Virus record (IMG/VR): IMGVR_UViG_3300033069_000955
Origin: an uncultured virus (IMG/VR IMGVR_UViG_3300033069_000955)
Taxonomy: Duplodnaviria; Heunggongvirae; Uroviricota; Caudoviricetes
Length of the DNA: 64,000 nucleotides
Strand: one strand, 5' to 3'
Shown: positions 19,694-29,163 of the stretch, in pieces
Numbering within the stretch: the stretch's first letter is position 1
Layout: each line of letters opens with the position of its first letter
Translations under genes and position numbers: made by a program
The notes under the pieces: model-generated
The model's database searches: none
The model's input: only the letters and a program-made list of their open reading frames with translations
Told to the model about the DNA's origin: nothing

Positions 19694-21028
19694 ATGTCTG
19701 GTTTTACAGAAAATGTGTCTAGCCAATTCCAGGAGGCGTATAGATTCTTAAATACGCCTTCTGTTTGGCTACCCAGATGGATGAAACCTGCCTACGACTC
19801 TAAGTTCGTTAGCAATCCAAACGAAGAGTCTCCATCTAATTTAACTATATTTTATCATGCTTCGTTAGGTCTTCCGTTTAAAGATATTCAAAGCATTGAA
19901 ACTAACCCCAAATTCCATCAAGAAGTTTGGTGGGCACGGAATGCTTACATAGCTAATTTTGCGAAACGGGATGAAGATCTTTTAAACCTATCTGTTTCTT
20001 CTTTAGGTGCTTCTCATATAAGTGGTGAAGTAAAAAAAGTAAAAGACATTGGTGAATTAGTTAGTATTTTCCATGAGCCTGTATTTACAGTTGATGGTTC
20101 TAATTGTATTATTTGCCGTAATATAGATTTACACGAATCAACTATTACAGCGAATAGTTCTGGTGGATTGGATTTAACTAGTCTTTTCAGTACCAATCCG
20201 CCTGTTATTGATACGCCAATTGTAGTAGCTAACTCTTTTGGAGAGATTATTCTTATTAGTCCAGAACATAGGTTAGTACAGAATAATGTTATCAATGTGA
20301 AGTTTCCTGGGCAGTACAAGATTAGATATAGTTGTGAAAACTATTTTTCTGCTTTGATTACTGGTACTCCTTTGTCAATAGGATTGGATCAAGTAGCACT
20401 ACATCAAACTGATTTGAAAAATGTGTTGGACATACAGGGAGAGTGGCTTGGTATTACTAGATTTACCAATGAGGACAATTTGTCTTATAGGAAAAGGTGT
20501 CAATCATTAGCTTTCTCCCAGAATCCTAGTCAACAAATAAGTTCCATTTTAGGAAGAAGTATTCCTTTTGTTTGGTCTTCTTATCAAGCTTTAAACATTC
20601 CTGCTACAGGATGGTCGGCCCCTAACTTTTTAGGTACGCCTAAATATATAAGAACTTCCGAAGTATTGTTTAAAGATGGAGATAATTTTGTATTAAAACA
20701 TCCACCTGATGGTCCTGTAAGACTTGTATCTAACTTAGATATGGTACCGCCTTATATGTATGAGGTGTCTGGCAGCTTAATCATTCCTTCCAACGATTTT
20801 CTAAATAGTTTCTCTCTTAATAGTCTTAAAGCTTTTTATACCTATAAAAGTTACAGTGTAACTACCACAGCTTCTGGTTTAACTTTAACTGGAAGTGACG
20901 TTCAGCCTGATATTTTTTATGGGGTAATTGGTACTTCTGTTAAAATAGACAACACTACTAAAAAGATTGAGAACTTCTTTTGGGATAAAACTACAATTAA
21001 AACTAGCAGTACCGTCATTTTTGATTAA
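19694..21028 (+). CDS. Baseplate/structural protein (paralogue of 16028-17455)
   Basis: WLPRWM and NVLDIQGEWLGITRFTNEDNLSYRKR motifs. Confidence 0.6.
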   Translation: MSGFTENVSSQFQEAYRFLNTPSVWLPRWMKPAYDSKFVSNPNEESPSNLTIFYHASLGLPFKDIQSIETNPKFHQEVWWARNAYIANFAKRDEDLLNLSVSSLGASHISGEVKKVKDIGELVSIFHEPVFTVDGSNCIICRNIDLHESTITANSSGGLDLTSLFSTNPPVIDTPIVVANSFGEIILISPEHRLVQNNVINVKFPGQYKIRYSCENYFSALITGTPLSIGLDQVALHQTDLKNVLDIQGEWLGITRFTNEDNLSYRKRCQSLAFSQNPSQQISSILGRSIPFVWSSYQALNIPATGWSAPNFLGTPKYIRTSEVLFKDGDNFVLKHPPDGPVRLVSNLDMVPPYMYEVSGSLIIPSNDFLNSFSLNSLKAFYTYKSYSVTTTASGLTLTGSDVQPDIFYGVIGTSVKIDNTTKKIENFFWDKTTIKTSSTVIFD

Positions 21029-21030
21029 TC

Positions 21031-22719
21031 ATGAGCAATACATATTACGCAGATTGGAGATCTAACACAGGCTACCCCGTAGCAGGTGTGGGTGATCTGG
21101 ATGATCTGAAGATGATAATTGGTGTGGGTGAGGGTGGTCGTTGGATCGCCTACATGAAACCTGGTTATTTTTACGATGAAGATGGGTTAGAAAAATACCA
21201 GTATATAAGTTTAACAGAAACTTTTGCTACTTTAGGAAGTGTTTCTGGTTCTATTTCAGCAGAAGTCTCTTTTAGACCAGCCTGGGGACCAGTAATTGTA
21301 GACGATATTAATCAGAACTTACGTTACCTAGAACATCATAATTGTTATCTCCCAGCAACATCAGCTAGTTGGACTAGACTTGGAACAACCAATGTCTATT
21401 ACACAACTCCAACTAGTGGTAGATCAATTATTGGTGTCCGCGATACTACCAATATTCCTTTATATCTACAAGCTAGTAGTGGGGAAGTTGGTGATGTGAA
21501 ATCTTATTACCTAGATGAAAACATAAACAGATTGTTTGTTTATTCTAGAGAAAACCCACCAGAAAGATATATTGATTATGGTCTTTTCGCACCACAACTT
21601 AAAATGAGAGAGGTTGTGGTTGAAGAGGGCGGTGGTGTTGTTACAGCCAGCTATAAAAACCTAAAAAACTTATGGGTAATTAGGGGATCGTCACAGCAAT
21701 ATATTGGTACTTCAGCTGATAATGTTATTTCTCATAGTTTAGATACAGATGTTGGTGATTGGGTTGTACTTGAATACTTTATAGATAGAAGTTTCTGTTT
21801 ATATAATCATCAAACTATTTTAGCCTATACTTCCAGTAGTTCTGGAGCTTCTTTAAGAGTTAGTAGTGAGGGATCCATCCCTGAATACCCAAGCATAGCA
21901 CTACAAACCTCACCAGTTTCTGGGGCAGCTTTACAATTTAATCCTATTTATTCAGATGCTTTTAGAACGGGATTTTTATATCACTCTAACGTAGCGTCTT
22001 CTGGGACTCCAAATAATTTAAAATTAACAGTCGATAAAAAGATTGTAGTTGGTAGTTGGGGAGATATGATTAAGGCTTCTGTCTTTGTTTATGATAAAGA
22101 TGGTCTACCTGTTCCACAAACCCAAGTGACCTTAACCCATAACTTGCCAGCTGGTAGCGGAGCGGTGTTTGTATTACCAACTCCAACTACTACAACATCT
22201 TCTACATTTGTTACAAATACAGACAACAGGGGAGAAATTCATTGGTTAATCCAAGCTATTGGTTCTGGGGTATCTGGTAATATCAATCTGTCAGCGTTAA
22301 CTGTTAACAACTTATTAGCAACAGGAACCGTGTTGAATCTTCCAGTAAGCGGAGCTTTAAACAGCACTAAATACTTAGGAGGAGTAGTGGGGTTATCACA
22401 ATCTAATTTAAAAACTACTAAAGGCTATTCCAAACTACATGCCTCGCCACATTATTTAGATGGCATTCCTCACAACAGTACAACTGGAATTAGTATTGTT
22501 TCTAAAGGAGCATCAACATTTCAATATACCAATACTTCTAATGTAGAAGCTATTACATTAAGCCAAGCTCAAAGCAGAATACTTAATGATTTGGAAAATC
22601 CTTTTAGAATCGTTGGAATTAACGAAGAATTAGGTGTTGTAATAAACAGCTCAGATGAACTATTTGCCACATGTGATGGGGGACAATCTCCTATTGTTAC
22701 TATGTTGGAGGAAGTATGA
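21031..22719 (+). CDS. Virion structural protein with Ig-like domain
   Basis: Big-1-like segment (VYDKDGLPVPQTQVTL..TDNRGE); Ser/Thr/Gly beta-rich. Confidence 0.55.
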   Translation: MSNTYYADWRSNTGYPVAGVGDLDDLKMIIGVGEGGRWIAYMKPGYFYDEDGLEKYQYISLTETFATLGSVSGSISAEVSFRPAWGPVIVDDINQNLRYLEHHNCYLPATSASWTRLGTTNVYYTTPTSGRSIIGVRDTTNIPLYLQASSGEVGDVKSYYLDENINRLFVYSRENPPERYIDYGLFAPQLKMREVVVEEGGGVVTASYKNLKNLWVIRGSSQQYIGTSADNVISHSLDTDVGDWVVLEYFIDRSFCLYNHQTILAYTSSSSGASLRVSSEGSIPEYPSIALQTSPVSGAALQFNPIYSDAFRTGFLYHSNVASSGTPNNLKLTVDKKIVVGSWGDMIKASVFVYDKDGLPVPQTQVTLTHNLPAGSGAVFVLPTPTTTTSSTFVTNTDNRGEIHWLIQAIGSGVSGNINLSALTVNNLLATGTVLNLPVSGALNSTKYLGGVVGLSQSNLKTTKGYSKLHASPHYLDGIPHNSTTGISIVSKGASTFQYTNTSNVEAITLSQAQSRILNDLENPFRIVGINEELGVVINSSDELFATCDGGQSPIVTMLEEV

Positions 22720-24281
22720 ACAGCAATAAAACATATTTAAGATTTGGTGCCGCTCCAACTAATACTAAAGATGCAGTTGGTATTGCCTTCATTAGCTCCC
22801 CACCGATGCAACCTGATTATAGTGTGTCTCTTTTAGATACCTATAAATTTGCAAAAGAAAACGTTAGTGGTTTAAGAGAATATACTTTATCAAATGCTTT
22901 CGCTTCAGATAAAATTAAAGTTCAAGTTGTATATGATGGCACTACTCTTTTAAATACTACTAGTGGTTTAGGAAGCTGGACTTTGAGTGATGCTTTACGA
23001 CAAATCAAACTAAAAAATACTAGTTTTGTTTTAACAGCCCATAACACTCAAATTAAACTAACTGGCATTAAAGAAACCGAATCGGGATCTTGGGGAATTG
23101 GTGTAACCCCAGGCGTAGTGTTTAGAAGCTACACTCTCCCAGAATACGAAGAATCTGATGTGTGGTATAGGAGCATCCCAGAGTTAGCTGGGGAGGCTGG
23201 TATAGGTAAGCAGTGTCTTTTAATCTATTCAGTACCTGAGTCCACATATTTTCCACGTCACACGATTACTAATCAAGATTTCCCTGGCAATACTGCTGCT
23301 TACAATTTAGTTAAAGAAAAAGCTACTGCAACTGGGCCTAATACCATTACCTACAATAAAGCAATAGCTAAGTTGTTAAGTATAACTATTAATGGGACTG
23401 TCAAATATAATTCTGATAATTTAGATTATTTAAAGAGTCTTAATCAAAACTTAAATACGATAGAAGTAAAAGGATCAGTAGACCCTGATGATGATATTGT
23501 TTTAGAGTACTACACCTTCTCAGAAGAATATATATATTTAGGTTATAGAAATAAAAACAAGAATGCGTTCTTTTCTTTTGATGCTAATCCTGAATATGGT
23601 CACTATACAGGTGATGCTACTTATGATACATTAAGACCCACTTCTGATTGTTTAATTGAACAAACTACTATCTATGCCATACCCTCAGCAGTAGCGACTT
23701 TTACAGTTTCAGCTCCCACTGATGATAGTGGATTGCCTTTATTGACTATTAATTTTTATAGCGCATTCTCCTACGGAGAATCTCATTTTATTAGGCATGC
23801 TGTGGGTGTTCAATTAGAAGAGATTATTCCTAGATTATCTGATGGTCCACCCAATACTTATGGTTTTGCTTTATTGGGTAGAAATTATTATGATGAATCC
23901 AGTGTCCCAAAAAGAGATATATTTTCCAGAAGTATTCCTTGTATGTTGCCCCTAGGAAGAGCTATCTTGAAAGCTCCTTTAAATGCTAGCATTATCAAAA
24001 CAGCTGATATTAGAGTTAGAGGAGGAGGTATTCCAGAAGATTTTGATTTTACCTTGTTAAGAAGTGAGCCTGACGCTATTGAGACTTTGAAGGGTTATTA
24101 TGATCTTGGAAACTGGGATGGACAAGCTATCCAAGAGGGTGGTGTAGTGAGAATTACCGTTGACCCTTCAAATCTAGTAGAAAATGGTGGTAATTGTACT
24201 GAACAAGAAATATCAGAAATTGTAAGACAAAGAATTCCACCTGGTATATCGTGGGAGCTTGTATTCGAGGAGGTTTTATAA
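22716..24281 (+). CDS. Baseplate-associated structural protein
   Basis: C-terminal DIRVRGGG..YYDLGNWDG..GGVV..VRQRIPPG, a pattern I associate with large-myovirus baseplate proteins; context. Confidence 0.55.
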   Translation: MNSNKTYLRFGAAPTNTKDAVGIAFISSPPMQPDYSVSLLDTYKFAKENVSGLREYTLSNAFASDKIKVQVVYDGTTLLNTTSGLGSWTLSDALRQIKLKNTSFVLTAHNTQIKLTGIKETESGSWGIGVTPGVVFRSYTLPEYEESDVWYRSIPELAGEAGIGKQCLLIYSVPESTYFPRHTITNQDFPGNTAAYNLVKEKATATGPNTITYNKAIAKLLSITINGTVKYNSDNLDYLKSLNQNLNTIEVKGSVDPDDDIVLEYYTFSEEYIYLGYRNKNKNAFFSFDANPEYGHYTGDATYDTLRPTSDCLIEQTTIYAIPSAVATFTVSAPTDDSGLPLLTINFYSAFSYGESHFIRHAVGVQLEEIIPRLSDGPPNTYGFALLGRNYYDESSVPKRDIFSRSIPCMLPLGRAILKAPLNASIIKTADIRVRGGGIPEDFDFTLLRSEPDAIETLKGYYDLGNWDGQAIQEGGVVRITVDPSNLVENGGNCTEQEISEIVRQRIPPGISWELVFEEVL

Positions 24282-24973
24282 TGCCATACAACGACACTAT
24301 TTTTTGGCCCCAAAGAAAAGATGTAGATTTTCCTTCTTTATCTAATAATGAAACGTCTGTGGTCAATGAAGATGAGAAATTCTTTGCTGAGCATTATAAT
24401 AAGATTCGCAACTTTATTGTAGAAGGTTATTTAAGATTAACAGATGGAACTACTGCTGCAAGTGATAGGTCTTTACAGAAAATTAGTATGCCATATTCTT
24501 TTTCTGTATCTTTACAGGATGTAGTGAAATATGATGCATACGATGCTTCAACTAGCACACAAGCAAAAATTCCTGGTAATGTTTTGCCATTTGAATTTGT
24601 AATAACGTTTTCTACTGATATCTATGAGGCTCAAACGAATAGGACAGAATATGATTTCTTGCTTCAAAAAGCGAGTTCTACTGAACTAAATGCTGGTTTT
24701 GGGACAGTATCACCCATTAGTGCAAAGGTTTTAGTTTCAGCACAAATAGTTGGAAACACTGATTATAACTTTGATACCACTGTAGGATTTCCTACCCATC
24801 TTTCAACAGTTTGTTCGGCAGTGGTTGGCACTGATACTCTGCTAATACGGGGTGCAATTATAGATAACAGAATTAATGCAACAGCCGCAGAACAAGGAAG
24901 GGGCGTAGAGCTCTGGAAGTTTGTTTCAAATAAAACTCCTATTTTAAAAGTTTCCCTTATGGCAATTGAATAA
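24281..24973 (+). CDS. Structural/fibre-associated protein
   Basis: Start placed at ATG 24281 (TAATG overlap) rather than 24251; N-terminal AEHYNKI resembles the anchor motif of the two downstream genes. Confidence 0.5.
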   Translation: MPYNDTIFWPQRKDVDFPSLSNNETSVVNEDEKFFAEHYNKIRNFIVEGYLRLTDGTTAASDRSLQKISMPYSFSVSLQDVVKYDAYDASTSTQAKIPGNVLPFEFVITFSTDIYEAQTNRTEYDFLLQKASSTELNAGFGTVSPISAKVLVSAQIVGNTDYNFDTTVGFPTHLSTVCSAVVGTDTLLIRGAIIDNRINATAAEQGRGVELWKFVSNKTPILKVSLMAIE

Positions 24974-24975
24974 TC

Positions 24976-26997
24976 ATGGCAAGTACTGTTTTAATTTCTC
25001 AAATAGCTGACAAGACTCCTGGTACTTCTTGGACTATTACTAATAACCCTACTAGCGGTGGGAATGCTTATTTGGCAGCAGGGGTAGGGTCTACTGGGGA
25101 TAAGGTACTTTATTTGCGTGGATTATCGGCTGGTATTCCATTAGATGCGGATATTCAGGGTATTACTGTTTCTATGAGCATAGCTCCTTCTGGAGGGGCA
25201 ACTTTTTCCTCTACGGATTACTTATTAGTTAATATTGGGCAAATAACCAATTTTATTAATCCCGCTAATACAGGAGTTGAAAAAACCCAAAGTCTAGATG
25301 GATTAGGGTCCACCACTGTTACATTTGGTGGCTCTACCGACGAATGGGGCAAAGCTTTTTGGACTAGGTTTCAATTCGTATATGGTTTAGATCAATTTGG
25401 AATTTCTATAAGAAAGACTGGAGCCACTAGAGGCATCACTGTCTCTAACGTCGTAATCACTGTCCATTATGCCCTACAGACAACGCTGACGGGTTCCAGA
25501 GCACCTGTACCCAAAGATCCCCTATCTTCTCAAATCGAGACTATCTATCCAGAAAAAGTAAATGGGGTAGATGATAGATCTATTATTAAAAGTGCTGATA
25601 TTAATGCTTTGGGAGATGCTTTATATAACTTACAACGCAGTGTTGTAGATCAAGTAGACGACCCTGATACTGTTCAAGTTTTTGGTGGTTTAGCTGGTGA
25701 AAGCCTTCTTTTAACAAGTATTTATGTTTCTGGGACGGTTACTAATTTTAGCGATGATTTGACTTTTGATGAAATCAGGGTTAACAACGTTTCTACAGTT
25801 AACGTAAATGGATTAAGTAATATTGTTAGATCCAATTTCCCAGCTATTCCAGCAGGTAAATCTATCAACTATGAATTTGCTGAGGGACATTGTTGGACAA
25901 CCAATAGTAGTGGAAGTACGCTACCATTAAAATTGACTGTTGGTGGTTTTGCAATTAGTAATACAACTAATATACAGAACCACAGATTAACGTTTCGAGT
26001 CTCTTCTCCAAATAATCTTGCGTTGCTTTCTGGAAATATGGTTAATGGTTATGGTGGAATCTATGTTCCACAAGATGGCGCAGTATCTGAGTATGGATTA
26101 TATTCTGAATTAATTGTGCGACCAGACAACATGGAGGGGTCTCCAAATATTCCTGGATTAACAGTTACCTATAACAACGGTAATAGTTCCGATCCTTCTG
26201 GGGCACAGGGATTTAAAGTTAAAGCAGAAGATGCCTATAATTCTTCTGGACAATTGGTTAAAAAAAGATTTGTACAAGCCCAAACACTTGATGAAAATGT
26301 TACATCTGGTTTAGGTAAAGGTGTTAAGTTTACTGATAGGGTCAACTCAAAATTTGACGCAGTAGATTTTGGTCTTTATCAAGGTGCTCTTAGTAATCGG
26401 CCTCTTTTGGATGCCTGGGATTTTACTAGAACAGGAATCTTCTTAGCAGCTTCTGGCAGTGGTGCTAATTTAAATGGTTATGGTGTAATGTTCACCAGAG
26501 GACCAGATAATGGATTAAATCCTACAGCTTGGTTGGTTAAGTTTACTAATTGGAATAGCGCGACACCCGTGGCATTTCCAAATTATAGTTCTGCGAATGG
26601 TTATCAAACTTTTCCTTGGCCTGGTGGGAATACTCAAATTCAAGCATTAAGTTCTTATGCAGTTGTAATTCCCAGTTTAGCTGATTTAACTGATGCCAAG
26701 AATTTTAGGTTTACTGTAGTAGTTAGCGGGAGCACAGCAATATTAACCTTAGAACAATATTCTTTTAATACTGTTACTTGGTCTACTGTTTTAACCGCGA
26801 CTGATTCTTCATCTCCTTATTTAAGTTCTGGTAAGTCAGGATTATTTATGGTTGAACCAGTTCTACCTAAACCAAGAGCCAATGTAATGGCTGGTAGAAT
26901 TTTATTAGAAGGATTGACTTTTTCGTACAAAACTGCCTACACACAAACACCAGTTACTTTTCAAGGAAGGATTATTGGTATGGGGAAATTGAAATAA
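24976..26997 (+). CDS. Putative tail fibre/receptor-binding protein with lectin-like beta-sandwich domains
   Basis: S/T/G-rich; SADINALGDALYNLQ helix; C-terminal ConA-like ending (FRFTVVVSG..ATDSS..SSGKSGLF). Confidence 0.55.
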   Translation: MASTVLISQIADKTPGTSWTITNNPTSGGNAYLAAGVGSTGDKVLYLRGLSAGIPLDADIQGITVSMSIAPSGGATFSSTDYLLVNIGQITNFINPANTGVEKTQSLDGLGSTTVTFGGSTDEWGKAFWTRFQFVYGLDQFGISIRKTGATRGITVSNVVITVHYALQTTLTGSRAPVPKDPLSSQIETIYPEKVNGVDDRSIIKSADINALGDALYNLQRSVVDQVDDPDTVQVFGGLAGESLLLTSIYVSGTVTNFSDDLTFDEIRVNNVSTVNVNGLSNIVRSNFPAIPAGKSINYEFAEGHCWTTNSSGSTLPLKLTVGGFAISNTTNIQNHRLTFRVSSPNNLALLSGNMVNGYGGIYVPQDGAVSEYGLYSELIVRPDNMEGSPNIPGLTVTYNNGNSSDPSGAQGFKVKAEDAYNSSGQLVKKRFVQAQTLDENVTSGLGKGVKFTDRVNSKFDAVDFGLYQGALSNRPLLDAWDFTRTGIFLAASGSGANLNGYGVMFTRGPDNGLNPTAWLVKFTNWNSATPVAFPNYSSANGYQTFPWPGGNTQIQALSSYAVVIPSLADLTDAKNFRFTVVVSGSTAILTLEQYSFNTVTWSTVLTATDSSSPYLSSGKSGLFMVEPVLPKPRANVMAGRILLEGLTFSYKTAYTQTPVTFQGRIIGMGKLK

Positions 26998-29163
26998 ATG
27001 CCAGGATTTAGACAAGGACAACTATCAAATTTTGATCCCAGTGACGGGTCAATGGATGCGTTTGCTATTAAGCAACCGTATAATACATATTTACCTGATA
27101 GTTTGGAATCAGCTGATCATTTAAATCATTATTTTGATGCTGTATTTAAGTTAGAAGATTACTTAATTGGATATGCTGGTGCTAATATTCAAGGATATTA
27201 TCCCAACGGTGCTTTAATTTCTGGGGCTCAGCTTTACGTAGCTCAGGCTATTTCTGGTTTTACGTTATCTTCTAATCAGCAAACTTTTACAATGACGGTT
27301 CCTACGTTATTTGGTAATAGTCCGTTTACTGATCCTACTTTTAGTTTAGCAGTTCGTGCAGATGAAGTTCCCAACACTCCTTCTAGTATACAAGGAGAGT
27401 ATGCGAACACCTCCCCTACTAGTATAAAAACTTGGAATGACTTACTTGGTAAAAATTATTATCAATGTATTTTATCTCCAGTTAGTGGAAACATCTTTAA
27501 TGTCAGAGTGAACTCTTTTAATGCCACAACAACCCCAAGTACTACCACATATTTTGGAGAAGGATTAACTTCTGTGGGTAAAGCGTGGAGTTCCTATATA
27601 GGAACGGTCACAGCAGCAGCTATTACGGGTCAACTCAATTTCTTATCAGCTACACAATATCAATCCATATGTATTGTGTCCACACCTGGAGGCATAGCAA
27701 CGGAGACTAATAAGCACTTTATTTCGGCTATGCCAGTTGCCACACGATCTACGTGGGGTGGTTTGAGCTTAGATTTAGCTAATAATAAAAGACATATTGG
27801 ATTATCTTCTACTCATTCTGGTGGAGGTTACGGGGGTTTTGTTAAACTATATAATGGTATTAATAATACTTCCTCGGATCAATTTATAGAATTTAGAATT
27901 GTAGGTTTTGCTTCTGATGATGTTGTTTATGGAGTACCTTTTGGTGCTGTGGGTGTTGCTATTCGGTCTGCTGGGTTTGATTCTACTTATTACAGCGGTT
28001 ATGGTTTATTGCTTGGGGATCAAGCTGGGTCGGAAAGTAGCACAGCGACAGCGACTTCGGAAGTCTCGTACAGAACGGGTTATCTAGTTAGATTTAATAA
28101 TGCAAATCTTGCTGCTAATACCAATATTTTAACTACTACTTATATAACTTCAGGTGGTGGGGCTCTTCCTAAAGCATCGGCTACACTTCCAGGTTGTACA
28201 ATTTTAGCTGGTCCAACTACCCTTAGTTTACACTCCAGTAGTTATGATATTAAATATAAACTAGCTGCCACTGGTACATTAATTGCACTTCAATCATCAG
28301 TAAGTGGTGGGGGTTGGTCTACTGTCTTATCCTATAATGATGGTACAGGAAGTGCTTTAGGAGACGGAGAACAAGGGTTCTTTAGTATTCCTAAAAGATC
28401 ATCAGGATTAAGTACTGCTAATAAATGGCTTTTTCTTGACGATGTTGTTTATGGAAGTGGGTCTAGTTTTAGTCCAGTTACTTTAAACTTAAATGCGTTC
28501 TTCCTGAAAACGGGAACAGCAGCCAATATGACTTACTCCTCATTAGCTCAAACTGTAGCTACAACAGGGGTTGTAGAACCTAATACTAATCTGTTTAGAT
28601 GGAATGATCCATCAAATGTGACGGTTGATGGTTATAGAACTAATCCCAAGTTACCTTGGGAATTTGGAGACGGTATTCCTGCTCAACCTCTTCCAGGTAG
28701 AGTTCTTATGTCTATGGATTGGGATCCAAGTGGAAGTCAGATTCTTGACTTTTCTGCTGTGTTGAGACTTCCTACTCCTGTAGATTTAACTAATGATTCT
28801 AAGAGACTATATTTCACTATGCAAATATGGAGAAACAATGCTCTTAGTAATTATTTTGGAGCGATTGGAAATAATGATTATGAATTAGGTTTTAGTAAAT
28901 CAGCCACTACTTCTACAAGAGATGTTGAGAATTGGTGGGACTTAAACTTTACACCAGACCCTCAGAAGATTGGATATATACATATTCCTAATAATCCAGA
29001 TTACATAACTTTTAGTGCTGATCTTAAATTTGCTACCTTTAGCGTACCTCTATCTTTAATACCCAGAGTCTATCGAGACGGGGTTAGGACAATTTATGTT
29101 AAGGGAGCAGTTGTAGCTAATGGTATTGATGGTGCTTACGTCAGCGATTTGGCGGTGATTTAA
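26998..29163 (+). CDS. Putative tail fibre/receptor-binding protein
   Basis: SADHLNHYFDAVFKLE N-terminal helix; ConA-like segment (KLAATGT..YNDG..GEQGFF..DDV); separate C-terminal domain. Confidence 0.55.
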   Translation: MPGFRQGQLSNFDPSDGSMDAFAIKQPYNTYLPDSLESADHLNHYFDAVFKLEDYLIGYAGANIQGYYPNGALISGAQLYVAQAISGFTLSSNQQTFTMTVPTLFGNSPFTDPTFSLAVRADEVPNTPSSIQGEYANTSPTSIKTWNDLLGKNYYQCILSPVSGNIFNVRVNSFNATTTPSTTTYFGEGLTSVGKAWSSYIGTVTAAAITGQLNFLSATQYQSICIVSTPGGIATETNKHFISAMPVATRSTWGGLSLDLANNKRHIGLSSTHSGGGYGGFVKLYNGINNTSSDQFIEFRIVGFASDDVVYGVPFGAVGVAIRSAGFDSTYYSGYGLLLGDQAGSESSTATATSEVSYRTGYLVRFNNANLAANTNILTTTYITSGGGALPKASATLPGCTILAGPTTLSLHSSSYDIKYKLAATGTLIALQSSVSGGGWSTVLSYNDGTGSALGDGEQGFFSIPKRSSGLSTANKWLFLDDVVYGSGSSFSPVTLNLNAFFLKTGTAANMTYSSLAQTVATTGVVEPNTNLFRWNDPSNVTVDGYRTNPKLPWEFGDGIPAQPLPGRVLMSMDWDPSGSQILDFSAVLRLPTPVDLTNDSKRLYFTMQIWRNNALSNYFGAIGNNDYELGFSKSATTSTRDVENWWDLNFTPDPQKIGYIHIPNNPDYITFSADLKFATFSVPLSLIPRVYRDGVRTIYVKGAVVANGIDGAYVSDLAVI

